The notes under the pieces were generated by a model. That model was not told the origin of the DNA, did not search any database, and saw only the letters and a list, made by a program, of their open reading frames with translations. Below, piece by piece: positions 1 to 9,791 of a DNA stretch of 64,000 nt; position 1 is the first letter of the stretch; each line of letters begins with the position of its first letter. A program made the translations under genes and the position numbers. Origin of the DNA: Setoptus koraiensis. Lineage: Eukaryota; Animalia; Arthropoda. The DNA lies in NCBI GenBank assembly GCA_048013815.1, contig CM106585.1, positions 21,514,001-21,578,000 of the forward strand, given 5' to 3'.

Positions 1-262
1 ATTCCTTATGATAGTTTCATCTGCTCGTTCGATGTTCGATGATCAGAGTTCGATGTTCGATGGTCACAATTCGAACTTCGAAATTCGAAAACTGAAAATT
101 CGAATTTCTGATAAGAGTTTCAGCTGCATTGTCAGAGTTCCGTGGTCAGAGTTCCGTGGTCAGAGTTCGGTGGTAACATTTCGAACTTCGAAATTCGAAA
201 TTGAAAATTCGGATTTCTGATAAGAGTTACAGCTGCTCGTTCGATGTTCGATGGTCAGAGTT
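1..262 (+). repeat. Degenerate TTCGAA/TCGATG-rich tandem repeat (left copy)
   Basis: Repeated ttcgatgttcgatg and ttcgaacttcgaaattcgaaa units; a reverse-complement copy lies at about 3345-3615. Confidence 0.85.
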
Positions 263-3258
263 TGTTGAAATATACAAAAGCACACACTTGTCATGCGTAG
301 TGTTGTATATACACATACTGTAGTCTCATATATATAAATACATGTAATCGATTAAACAACAGTTTAATCTACATCATGATATCAATAAAGTAGTATCCAT
401 ATATAACCTAAGTTAAAAGCTAGCCTATTTTACTATAGGTTAACAGCCAAAGTTCGAATAGACAAAACAGTGTTATATATATAATAAGTTAAGAATATGG
501 CAAACCCCGTGCAACCGGCAGCAACCGAACCCAAACAGCTTGTGAAACTACAGCAAGAAAGTTCACCCAAAGTTTCAACAGAAGGTCCCATAAGTATACC
601 AAAGTATGATGGTTCGGAATTCATCGTATGGAAAATACAGATGCAATCGGTCTTGGAAAGCAGAGGACTGCAAAACGTATTAAAAGGGACAGGCACAAAA
701 GACGAAGATAGCTTAGTAAAATCTGCTTTACTAATGGGACTAGATGCGAAGAGTGTCAAGCTAGTCATGAACTGCAAAAGTGCAAAGGAGATTTGGGACA
801 AACTTAACGAGACATTTGAGTACAAATCAGCGAAAAGCAAAGTAATGCTACAGCGTGAGTTTTATGCGCTGAAACTAGCACCAGGAGAACGCATGAGGGA
901 TTATTTAACAAGAGCAGAATGTGTTAAGAGCAAACTAGAAGATGTCGGGGTGGTCATTGATGACTTTACATTGATGGGCAAAGTACTAGAGGGCTTGCCA
1001 GAAGAATATGACAATTTCCAATCGTCGTGGTTGAGTGTTGATGAAGAAAAACAAAATATGAGTCTTCTAACTACAAGATTATGTTCCGAAGAAGAAATTA
1101 GATCAAAGAACAAAAGAGGTGAATCTACAGCGTTATTTGCCAGAGGTTTCAGAGGCAAATCTAATAACTACAGGAGACCATATCAGAACGACCAAGTGAG
1201 AGCTAATACAAGTGAAGAAGATAGAAACAAGAACAATTGTTTTAATTGTCACCAAGCCGGGCATTATAGCAGAAACTGTCCACAAAGAAGAGAGACTCCT
1301 CCAAGAAGAGGTGAAAGTAATTTTAACAGAGGTGGACCTAGAAGGGGTCGCGGTAGACGACCTGACCAGAGAATAAATAATGAGGCACCAAGAAGAAATG
1401 AACCATCTGACAGTGATGCAGCCATTGCGATAATGGCAGACACCAATATTGAAGCATCAGCTAACGAAGATCAAGATGAACAAATTTGGGTGCTTGATTC
1501 AGGAGCAACTGAACACATGGCGAAAGACATGTCCAAAATGTACAATTTTAGAAAACTTGAAGAATGTAGACCAGTCTTCTTTGGCAACAACAATACTGGA
1601 AGAGGTCTAGGCTACGGTGATATGTATGTCAGTTCAATAGTAGATAACAAAGAGCGTCGAATCATCTTGAGAGATGTCTTATACGTACCGAATATAAGAA
1701 ACAATCTGTTATCTGTAACAGCGGCTGCAGATCAGGGGTGCATCAGTGCAATGAACAAAGACAAAGCGATTCTTTATGACCCAAACGGGAGAGTCATTTT
1801 AGAGGCGAAGAGATTCGGAAATCTCTATAAAACAAGGCTTCATATAGTTGAAGGAAGCGAGGCGAACGTAGCCGAAACAGATGGTGATGACAATCTACAG
1901 ATATGGCACGAGCGATTGGCTCATATTAGTAAAAACACAATAGTCAACATGGCTAGAAACTGTTGTGTTAGCGGCCTCAAAGGAATTTATCAACCAAATA
2001 TTAGTAATTCTGTGGTGAACAAAATAAGTTGTGACAGTTGTTTGGAAGGGAAGCAATGCAGGCTAAGTTTCCCTTTTAGTGCCAAAGAAAGAGCCGATGA
2101 GGTTGGACAAAGATTGCACACGGACATTGGTGGTCCGATTGGGTGCACTACGATTTCGGGCAAGCAATACTACATATTGTTTAAGGATGAGTACTCTACT
2201 TTCCGCTTTGTTTATTTCATGAAGAGTAGAGATGAGGCTTTCGATTCACTTAGAGATTGCGTCAGAAAGATATTCGGTGACACCGGTAAAATGGTCCGTA
2301 ATTTGGTATCCGACAATGGGTCGGAATATACGAGCAATCGCACAAAGGAGTTTTTACGTGATAAATGCATCAATCATATTGTCTCTGCTCCTTTCACTCC
2401 GCACCAAAACGGCATGATTGAGAGAGACAATCGAACAATAATGAATGCTGTGAGAGCTATGTTAAGCAAGTTCAAGGTGAATGATGAACTATGGGGTGAA
2501 GCTCTCAATACTGCTGTGTATCTGATAAATAGGGCTCCAAACAAAAACACGAAGACAATCACACCCTACGAAAAATATTTTGGAGCAAAGCCTAGAGTGA
2601 AACATTTAAAAGTTTTTGGATGTATAGCCTTCGTTAAAGAACAGGAGAAAAAGCGCAGTGGATATCAGAAGAAGTTAGAGGCGAGATCGAAGCCGATGAT
2701 ATTTGTTGGATACGAACGAGATTTCACCTATCGGCTATTCGATCCAGAATCAAAGAAAATTGTTGTCAGCAGAGAGGTCGTATTTGATGAGACAAGGTCA
2801 TACGATAAAGAAATGAAAGCATGTACTAGCAACAATACTGTATTGATGTATTTTGATAAAGCCTTAAGTACAATCGACACTGATGAAGTAACAAAATGTG
2901 ATGAACAAGAGAGTGCCGATGAAAGTGCTAATGTATCCAATAACCATAATGACTCGTTTATGAGCATTGAGAATGACGAACTATCTGAGAATGTTCCTGA
3001 TGTGCCACCGAGAAGCACATCACTCATTAAGGAGCATAGTGCCAGTGGGAGCAACATTACAAATAGTGCTCAAGAAGACACTCATCGGTATAACTTGAGA
3101 CCAAGAAACAATCCAGCGTCATACAATCAACAGGCTGAAAGTGAAGCTTTGATAGTATATGGTACGGAGCCGGATGACTATTACATAGCAATTAATGGCT
3201 CTGAAGCTAAGCAATGGCGTATAGCGATGGATGAAGAAATTAAAGCACAACATAACAA
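263..3258 (+). mobile_element. Ty1/copia LTR retrotransposon, 5' half (copia-1), cut off at the start of RT
   Basis: Starts TGTTGAAA at 263 with TATA-like and AATAAA sequence before the ORF (LTR end not defined); gag-pol ORF follows; ends abruptly at a Helentron-type terminus at 3259. Confidence 0.9.
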
Positions 3259-3262
3259 GTAA
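497..3262 (+). CDS. Copia gag-protease-integrase polyprotein, truncated at RT start
   Basis: Zn knuckle CFNCHQAGHYSRNC; protease WVLDSGATEHM; WHERLAH...CDSC; integrase DIGGP, SDNGSEY, QNGMIER; RT lead-in WRIAMDEEIKA just before the stop. PR-IN-RT order is copia. Confidence 0.95.
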   Translation: MANPVQPAATEPKQLVKLQQESSPKVSTEGPISIPKYDGSEFIVWKIQMQSVLESRGLQNVLKGTGTKDEDSLVKSALLMGLDAKSVKLVMNCKSAKEIWDKLNETFEYKSAKSKVMLQREFYALKLAPGERMRDYLTRAECVKSKLEDVGVVIDDFTLMGKVLEGLPEEYDNFQSSWLSVDEEKQNMSLLTTRLCSEEEIRSKNKRGESTALFARGFRGKSNNYRRPYQNDQVRANTSEEDRNKNNCFNCHQAGHYSRNCPQRRETPPRRGESNFNRGGPRRGRGRRPDQRINNEAPRRNEPSDSDAAIAIMADTNIEASANEDQDEQIWVLDSGATEHMAKDMSKMYNFRKLEECRPVFFGNNNTGRGLGYGDMYVSSIVDNKERRIILRDVLYVPNIRNNLLSVTAAADQGCISAMNKDKAILYDPNGRVILEAKRFGNLYKTRLHIVEGSEANVAETDGDDNLQIWHERLAHISKNTIVNMARNCCVSGLKGIYQPNISNSVVNKISCDSCLEGKQCRLSFPFSAKERADEVGQRLHTDIGGPIGCTTISGKQYYILFKDEYSTFRFVYFMKSRDEAFDSLRDCVRKIFGDTGKMVRNLVSDNGSEYTSNRTKEFLRDKCINHIVSAPFTPHQNGMIERDNRTIMNAVRAMLSKFKVNDELWGEALNTAVYLINRAPNKNTKTITPYEKYFGAKPRVKHLKVFGCIAFVKEQEKKRSGYQKKLEARSKPMIFVGYERDFTYRLFDPESKKIVVSREVVFDETRSYDKEMKACTSNNTVLMYFDKALSTIDTDEVTKCDEQESADESANVSNNHNDSFMSIENDELSENVPDVPPRSTSLIKEHSASGSNITNSAQEDTHRYNLRPRNNPASYNQQAESEALIVYGTEPDDYYIAINGSEAKQWRIAMDEEIKAQHNK

Positions 3263-3345
3263 TACTGATCAAATCAGTATTTCGAGCGCTTAATTTTTTG
3301 TGTGGACAAGTATTGTTGAAGGATTCAAAGAAGTTTATGACAACC
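3259..3345 (-). mobile_element. 3' terminus of a Helentron/HINE-type element, same family as 14674-19102
   Basis: Hairpin AATACTGAT-CAA-ATCAGTATT (3261-3281) and subterminal repeat AGCGCTTAATTTT (3285-3297) are identical to those at 14676-14712; similarity extends about 95 bp; inserted next to AA (TT on the element strand). Confidence 0.8.
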
Positions 3346-3615
3346 TGTTAACCACCGAACTTCAAAATGTGACCATCGAAGTTCGACAGAGCAGATGGAA
3401 CTGTCATCAGAAATTCGAATTTTCAATTTCAAAGTTCGAAATGTGACCATCAAACTCTGTACAAGCACCTGAAACTAGTATCGGAAATTCGAATTTTCAA
3501 TTTCGAATTTTGAAGTTCGAAATGTGACCATCGAACTCCGACCATCGAACACTGACCATCGAACATCGAACGAGCAGATGAAACTATCATCGGAAATTCG
3601 AATTTTCAATTTCAA
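3345..3615 (-). repeat. TTCGAA-rich tandem repeat (right copy, inverted relative to 1-262)
   Basis: The reverse complement of 3541-3600 nearly reproduces atgatagtttcatctgctcgttcgatgttcgatg from position 8. Confidence 0.85.
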
Positions 3616-4597
3616 CTGATCCTTCTTTCTGAACAATTTGCACCGGTGGCCCAGAGGACAAGGATACTTTGCTTGCGTCTTGTTGTGAAGTCGAGGACGG
3701 TTTTGTACCTTTCTTCGTAAACAAAGATCCTTTGCTTTTCGACATAGAAGGACCAACTGATCCTCCTTCCTGACCAAGTGAGCTCAATTCAATCATCAGT
3801 GGCCGGAATTTCGACCATCTGAATGTTTTATCGCCTTCACAATCATCATAAATAATTGGCGCAGCATATGGCACTGTCAATAGGCCATTAATGAAAGCGA
3901 GTAAGCCTTCTCTACAGCATAACTCTTTCTTCGAGTCGATTTTTCTCATAATGTGAGAAAAAGTGAGCAAGTCGAGCATTGGAACTCCGTAAATTTCCTC
4001 GAGCCAATTACTGATTCTTTCGGCATCTTGAGATGTTATCGTCATGTCCGAATGGAATGAATAAACTGTGGCTATAATTTTATTGCCAGGTTGGACGAGG
4101 ATGAGTATAATATGTCCCCTGATTTGGACTGGATGAATGTTTCCAGGCCCGAAGAATGGATAAATCTGCACGGGATCCCCAACCTCGGATGCGGTCTCTT
4201 CTTCAATTATTAACCCACATGAAACTTTAGGTACAAAATTCAACATGTCTGTGCCAGTAAACACTTGCCTAATTAACGCTTCCAAGCTAACTATGTAATC
4301 CTGACACTTTTCTGTCGTTAAACATGGCTCCGGGTATCGTGAATTAAAATATCCATGAGCCTGGAATTGTGGCAGCTGGACAAACACATGTGGCTCGCTG
4401 TGGCCCGTGTGGGTTCCTTTTCTCTTGATGATCTCACGGCGATCTGCATCGCTCAACTTCTTTTCATTTATGACGATTAACTCATCAATAGCATTGTTTT
4501 TGGTATAGCTAACGAGCATGGATGCAATTCGGCTTGCTTGGAAGTATTCAGGTATAAAAGGGTTCAAGTTGAATTTTATTTGTCCGGCCATGTTCAA
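3587..4597 (-). CDS. Uncharacterised 336-aa ORF with weak Ulp1/C48-like cysteine-protease pattern
   Basis: Long open frame; PVQIRGHIILILVQP...TVYSF resembles P-x-H-W-x-L-x-x-x-D...YDS and ELCCREGLLAF resembles the DCG helix; C-terminus runs into the satellite. Confidence 0.45.
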   Translation of the reverse strand: MNMAGQIKFNLNPFIPEYFQASRIASMLVSYTKNNAIDELIVINEKKLSDADRREIIKRKGTHTGHSEPHVFVQLPQFQAHGYFNSRYPEPCLTTEKCQDYIVSLEALIRQVFTGTDMLNFVPKVSCGLIIEEETASEVGDPVQIYPFFGPGNIHPVQIRGHIILILVQPGNKIIATVYSFHSDMTITSQDAERISNWLEEIYGVPMLDLLTFSHIMRKIDSKKELCCREGLLAFINGLLTVPYAAPIIYDDCEGDKTFRWSKFRPLMIELSSLGQEGGSVGPSMSKSKGSLFTKKGTKPSSTSQQDASKVSLSSGPPVQIVQKEGSVEIENSNFR

Positions 4598-4837
4598 CCT
4601 AATTGGTTTTAATTTAATTAATTAATTTAAATTAATTTCTAAATTTTGGTGTGACTAATGATGAATAATAACCTAGATCAATTGGAGATCATTCTCGAAT
4701 GAAACATATACTGATCAACTCGCTCTGAGTCTATAATTGACATCACGTGACGAAATATTCAAACTGTGACGTCATCGATAACTTAATCAATTGCATCGCA
4801 TTCCACCTGATTTATAAGCAGAAGTAAACCGTGCGCG

Positions 4838-5012
4838 TGTTAGGGTTTTACTATACTATGCTTTATTTATATATGTTTATGCTATAAAGTAATATGTGTA
4901 ATCATCTATATGTATGGTCTCGGCACATATATATATGTGCCGAGTTACAGTGATGGTTGAGACCTATGGCTCAACTCAATTGAGTCCGCTTGAGCGGGCT
5001 CAGCTCCTGACA
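4838..5012 (-). mobile_element. 3' LTR (175 bp) of the minus-strand gypsy element
   Basis: Minus strand reads PPT GCAGGGGGA, then TGTCAGGAG...CCCTAACA; contains a 26-bp palindrome around TATATA and an AATAAA; its start resembles the LTR at 22520. Confidence 0.8.
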
Positions 5013-5504
5013 TCCCCCTGCTTGAGAGCCTTCTCGGGGGTGGAGGTACATCGTAGATATGGACCTTACGATTTGCGCATTTGCACCAAATAACTATGCC
5101 GGTGGTTGCACTAACAATGAATGTTGCGCCAATTGATGCAAGTACGACGACCAAAATATTGGGGTCGGATTCATTCCTACGCCATGCGTCGTCGTCAACG
5201 AATGTTTTCTGTTTCTCGCTCTCCGATTTGTTAATAAGTTCGGAGAGGGCGTCTAACATCTTTACGGCGTCGTCGTGGTGTGGATTGATTATATAAGCGC
5301 TGTCCAATTCGAGTCCCCGAAATCGTTTTCGTACAGAGCGCCTCTGGGACTAACAGCGGTTGTCCACGAGTGATACTCGGTTGACCACTCGAGATCTGGC
5401 CGGACGCTGAAGACATATGGTGGACATTTGATCTTTCTCCCATTGATTTCTATCGTCTTCTTGATACAGTAGACGAATACTTTTGTTTTGGTGGCTATCT
5501 ATGT
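4945..5504 (-). pseudogene. C-terminal part of the gypsy env (Cys motif, heptad region, TM, tail), frameshifted
   Basis: An unlisted frame reads KVFVYCIKKTIEINGRKIKCPPYVFSV, matching RIFINCRGLNITIGGRVVRCPNHVFSV (19104 ORF) and NHVYCYPRRIRTDTGETHCPHYPF (26146 ORF); TM ILVVVLASIGATFIVSATTGIVIW lies in the 4945-5307 ORF. Confidence 0.8.
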
Positions 5505-6098
5505 GATAGCGTTGAGATAAATCTCTTACATCAACTCGTCGGCGATTTGACAATAAGTGCAAGTCACACTTCCGGTTTGCAAACTGACGCGATTCGGCTG
5601 TACTACCACCTAGTTACGGTCTCTTAAGCAGGTTCACACCCACTATAAAAGAAACTCGGCCCGATCACGGGCCCCGCCCACTCGACTCCCATTCCTCGGG
5701 AAGAATCTTTTTTAGTTAGGTGGCCGTCAGTCGTCCCGCCGGAGGCCGCAGGCCGTAGGCGTGGACGACTGGAGGCCGAACCCCTCTTCCGGCCCGGGCC
5801 CAACCTGCTCGACTGTGGTACTCTTTTCCGGTGGTAAAATCCCAAAAGTTTGGGGATATATCCCTGATCGTGTGATGTACGTGAATCTGGTCCACACGTG
5901 AATAGGCACGCGCAACTGGTAGCAAATAGTAATAGTGCACGCGCTGAGACTCGGTGTGTAGTCTGACTAATTGCGGGTGCAGTTTCACTCCGCGCCGCGC
6001 GCATCGGTCACGCCTCTTCAGTTCGACTGCTTTTACTCGACTTCTAGAGCTTCTAGGTGCAATCTACCTTCGGTATAAAGATGTTGGTACCCTAACCG
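5505..6098. mobile_element. Unclassified 594-bp insertion in the gypsy env, flanked by ATGT repeats
   Basis: ATGT at 5501-5504 and 6099-6102; removal rejoins env as EEVKVDIDSHQNK; about 130 bp is similar to 20963-21090. Confidence 0.65.
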
Positions 6099-7906
6099 AT
6101 GTCCACTTTCACCTCTTCTTTTGGTTCGAGGTGGTTGAAATTTTTATAACACGCAACCTCTTTCCAATGCTCGGTGAGCTTAGGCGTGAAATTGTACTCG
6201 CTGCAGTTGAAGTTGACGTATGGGGCTACCTGTGACTCGTGGAAGGGCCTTATGCAATTCGACGTCGTATTCATAAGAATTAGGGCGTTCCCTTCGTATC
6301 GACTCAGACACGGCCGTCCCGTCAAGTTGACATATACGTCGAACGGATCTGCTTTTAAAACGACCGATTTACGGTCTACCACTCTTGTAGTGAAGATTAG
6401 CCTCATACCAGTGACGTTTCCGCCTAGCAGGCGGCAGGACTGTGCAACTGATGACTCGGTATCGATTGAAGACAGCTCGGCTGAGTTTGTGAGGGCGCCG
6501 AGAGAACGGGATACGATACCGTTCTTCCAGTTGTCCATCACATTTATCAATGATGTGGCACCGGACCCTATTTTATTCGCCAAGAACAGCATGATCCACG
6601 TGTCGCGTGGGATTATCGCCATCATGTGCCTCAGGAATACAGTGTTATTATCCACGCGCGCAGCCAAGGTTTTTAAGAAATCACCGTGTACATGGCTCAT
6701 GGCTTCAATTGGGCCTTGTTTCGCCTTTATCTCGGTTACACTCTTCAGAATGTATTCTGTTTGTTCGTTAATTGATTCGCCCTTGTGGAAATAATGCCAG
6801 ACACTCTTGAATAAGTTCGAGCAGCAGTACTCGACGGCGGCTCCTGCTATGAACGACAGTTGGCGTGGCGGACGTGGCTGAATTACGTCTTCAGCGGCTG
6901 GTTTACACCAACCGCTGTTTAGGCGTTGTACTATATCTGTATCAAAGTACCATTCGCAGTATTTATGGGTCTCTTCGCCAAGAGCATTGCATGGTGACAC
7001 GAGTACGACGGTTAGGTCCCAATGCTTTACGCCCTGAACAACCGTAGAGCTGAGTCTTTCCCAGACGACTGGTGATTCTTGATGGAAATCGTCGAATTGC
7101 GACGAGTTTGTCGCCATCAGAATCAATGCGATGAACAGCAGATTAACGCTACTCGGTCGGTTTGGTACCCCGTGTGGAGACTGTGTTCTCGGTGTCCGTG
7201 AGGTCGTATTATCGTTACCGTCTTCGTCGCTGCTGGTATCGTTCGCGTCCGAATTGAGACTGGGTGGGTTTACCTCTTCGTCCTCGTCGGGTGCGTTTCT
7301 TTCGGTGACCATACGCAGCGCGGACACATGTCTAGTTAACTTTTTGCTGTTACTAGTGTGTTCAAGATCGTAGACGTTGTTCGCTTTTAGGGCTGTAACA
7401 GTGTATGGTCCTTCACTATTCCCCGCTAGCTTTGCATTTCGGGCAAGCTTTTTCAGCACCCATACCTGGTCACCGAGTTTGAATTGTGTGTCCTTTCTGT
7501 TGGTGTTGTATCGCACTTTGGAGGCCAGCTTTGCTTGCGCGTTTTGGTTTGACACTTTTGCGATATTGTCTTCCAACTGCATTTTAGCCAACTGGGAATA
7601 CAATTGATGGACGGTTTTGTTTGGCCGGATCACGGCATCGTTCAATGGTTTTGGCTCCCTTCCGAACATGAGTTCGAACGGAGTTACGCCAGTTGATGTA
7701 TGCACCGTAATGTTGATTGCATAAGTGATGAATGGAAGGGCATCGTCCCAATTATCTACGGTGAACTGGTCGCCGCTATTGATTAGGATTGACAACTTGT
7801 CGCCGATGGTGGCGTTCACTCTCTCGACGATTGCATTTCCCTGCGAGTGCAGGGGCGTAGACTTAACATGTTTGACGTTGAATAGGTTACAAAGGACCTG
7901 TTGCAT
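6099..7906 (-). pseudogene. Ty3/gypsy integrase C-terminal half fused in frame to env (5'-truncated element)
   Basis: HSQGNAIVERVNATI, TGVTPFELMFGR and GPY motif (EGPYTV); then hydrophobic LLFIALILMATNSS, ESPVVW, RPPR site and KADPF...C...YEG...NTTSNC. Confidence 0.9.
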
Positions 7907-8019
7907 TTAGGGTCTCCAGAATCAGACTGGTCTGACATACATGTATATAGTATTTTCGTGATCGGAAGAGCCCCCTGAGCAAGAATATACCAATTGCATC
8001 ATCCTTTAGTTCGACGATT

Positions 8020-9232
8020 AGCCACTAGGCGGCGTTGCTGTTTTTCGCTTTGAGGGCCTCTGGAGCCCCAGTCTTTTGTCATAGAGACACGTTCTTGGTA
8101 TCGTTGGATAGATCTCTGGTTGATGCATCTATAGAGGGTACAATTTTCCCCTAGACTCGAATTCAAGTCCGGAGAAAAATCAAAAGAAAACTTTGGCCCC
8201 GTTTTGTGGGGCCCCAAGAATGTCCGCCCAGAAATTCGACAGCTCATAAAAATAGCCCTATAGAAGAGCTTCAAGATGATATATAATACAACGAAATCAA
8301 ATCGAACGCCGATGACCAAAAATGAGAAAAACCACACGCACCCCCCACCAAAAATAGAGACTAAAGGTGGATCGGGTGCTCCGTTGAATGACGGCCAAGT
8401 CCAGATCAGGTATTTTGGGTATTTTTGGGTAGAGTATTGTACCCTGATACCAGACCGGGTATTACGCGAGTGCGAAAATTCTTCATTACTGAGATACCAG
8501 AGGTACCGCATTCCGGGTATTTAAGGGTATTTGAAGGCATATAGACATTAGAATTACGGTGATTTATCCCCACTCTCCACTCGTTCACTGATAGACTGGT
8601 ACTGTGAGTAGTACTGACCCCTTTTACGATCGGCCTTGAGCCTCCCAACATCTCTAGCAGTGCGTATGCGTACCTAACATAACCAACAGTGAATTTCTAA
8701 CGGTTCAGGTGACGCAGAGTGTGAATTTTCACTCTACTTCAAAATTGATATAACAATCTAGACAACTGTGCGAAGATAGTTGTATTGAGGCCCCTCTGAG
8801 GCCCTAAATTCGGGTTTTTTCTTATCTCCGGAAGTAGGCTCTACTGCACTTCTGGACTGTCAAAAACGTCTTCATGGGCCCGTTCAGAGCCCACGTGTCT
8901 ATTTTTATGGAAATCGAGCTTGGCTCCTAATCAAGAGAGCACCCGGTCTGCCTTTCATCTCTAATTCGAGGGGATGTGTGAGTGGTTTTTATCATTTTTG
9001 GTCATCGGCGTTCAATTTTATTTTGTTGTGTTATATATCATTTTGAAGCTCTTTTATAGGTACATTTTTATGAGCTGTCAAATTCTTGGGCGGACATTCC
9101 TGGGGCCACTCAAAATGGGGCCAAAGTTTTCCTTTGGATTTTTTTTGGACTCGGATTCGAGTCTAGGGAAAAATTATACCATTTATAGATGCATCTACCA
9201 GAGAACTATCCAATGATACCAAGAACGTGTCT
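8020..9232. mobile_element. Foldback/MITE-like element with long imperfect inverted arms, right end in the gap
   Basis: About 8090-8540 is the imperfect reverse complement of about 8780-9232; arms share the GGGTATT and CCGGAAGT modules of the MITE at 20729; left boundary approximate. Confidence 0.75.
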
Positions 9233-9732
9233 NNNNNNNNNNNNNNNNNNNNNNNNNNNNNNNNNNNNNNNNNNNNNNNNNNNNNNNNNNNNNNNNNNNN
9301 NNNNNNNNNNNNNNNNNNNNNNNNNNNNNNNNNNNNNNNNNNNNNNNNNNNNNNNNNNNNNNNNNNNNNNNNNNNNNNNNNNNNNNNNNNNNNNNNNNNN
9401 NNNNNNNNNNNNNNNNNNNNNNNNNNNNNNNNNNNNNNNNNNNNNNNNNNNNNNNNNNNNNNNNNNNNNNNNNNNNNNNNNNNNNNNNNNNNNNNNNNNN
9501 NNNNNNNNNNNNNNNNNNNNNNNNNNNNNNNNNNNNNNNNNNNNNNNNNNNNNNNNNNNNNNNNNNNNNNNNNNNNNNNNNNNNNNNNNNNNNNNNNNNN
9601 NNNNNNNNNNNNNNNNNNNNNNNNNNNNNNNNNNNNNNNNNNNNNNNNNNNNNNNNNNNNNNNNNNNNNNNNNNNNNNNNNNNNNNNNNNNNNNNNNNNN
9701 NNNNNNNNNNNNNNNNNNNNNNNNNNNNNNNN
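9233..9732. other. Assembly gap (500 N)
   Basis: Run of N. Confidence 1.
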
Positions 9733-9791
9733 ACACGAACACGAACACGAACACCAACACCAACACCAACACCAACACCAACACCAACACC
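9733..9791 (+). repeat. (ACACGA/ACACCA)n hexamer microsatellite
   Basis: Read directly; lies between the gap and the copia-2 gag ATG. Confidence 0.95.

Noticed and set aside
1-262. Heat-shock elements in the TTCGAA satellite
   Set aside because: Only isolated GAAnnTTC units; most have one-base spacing and no run of three alternating nGAAn units was seen.
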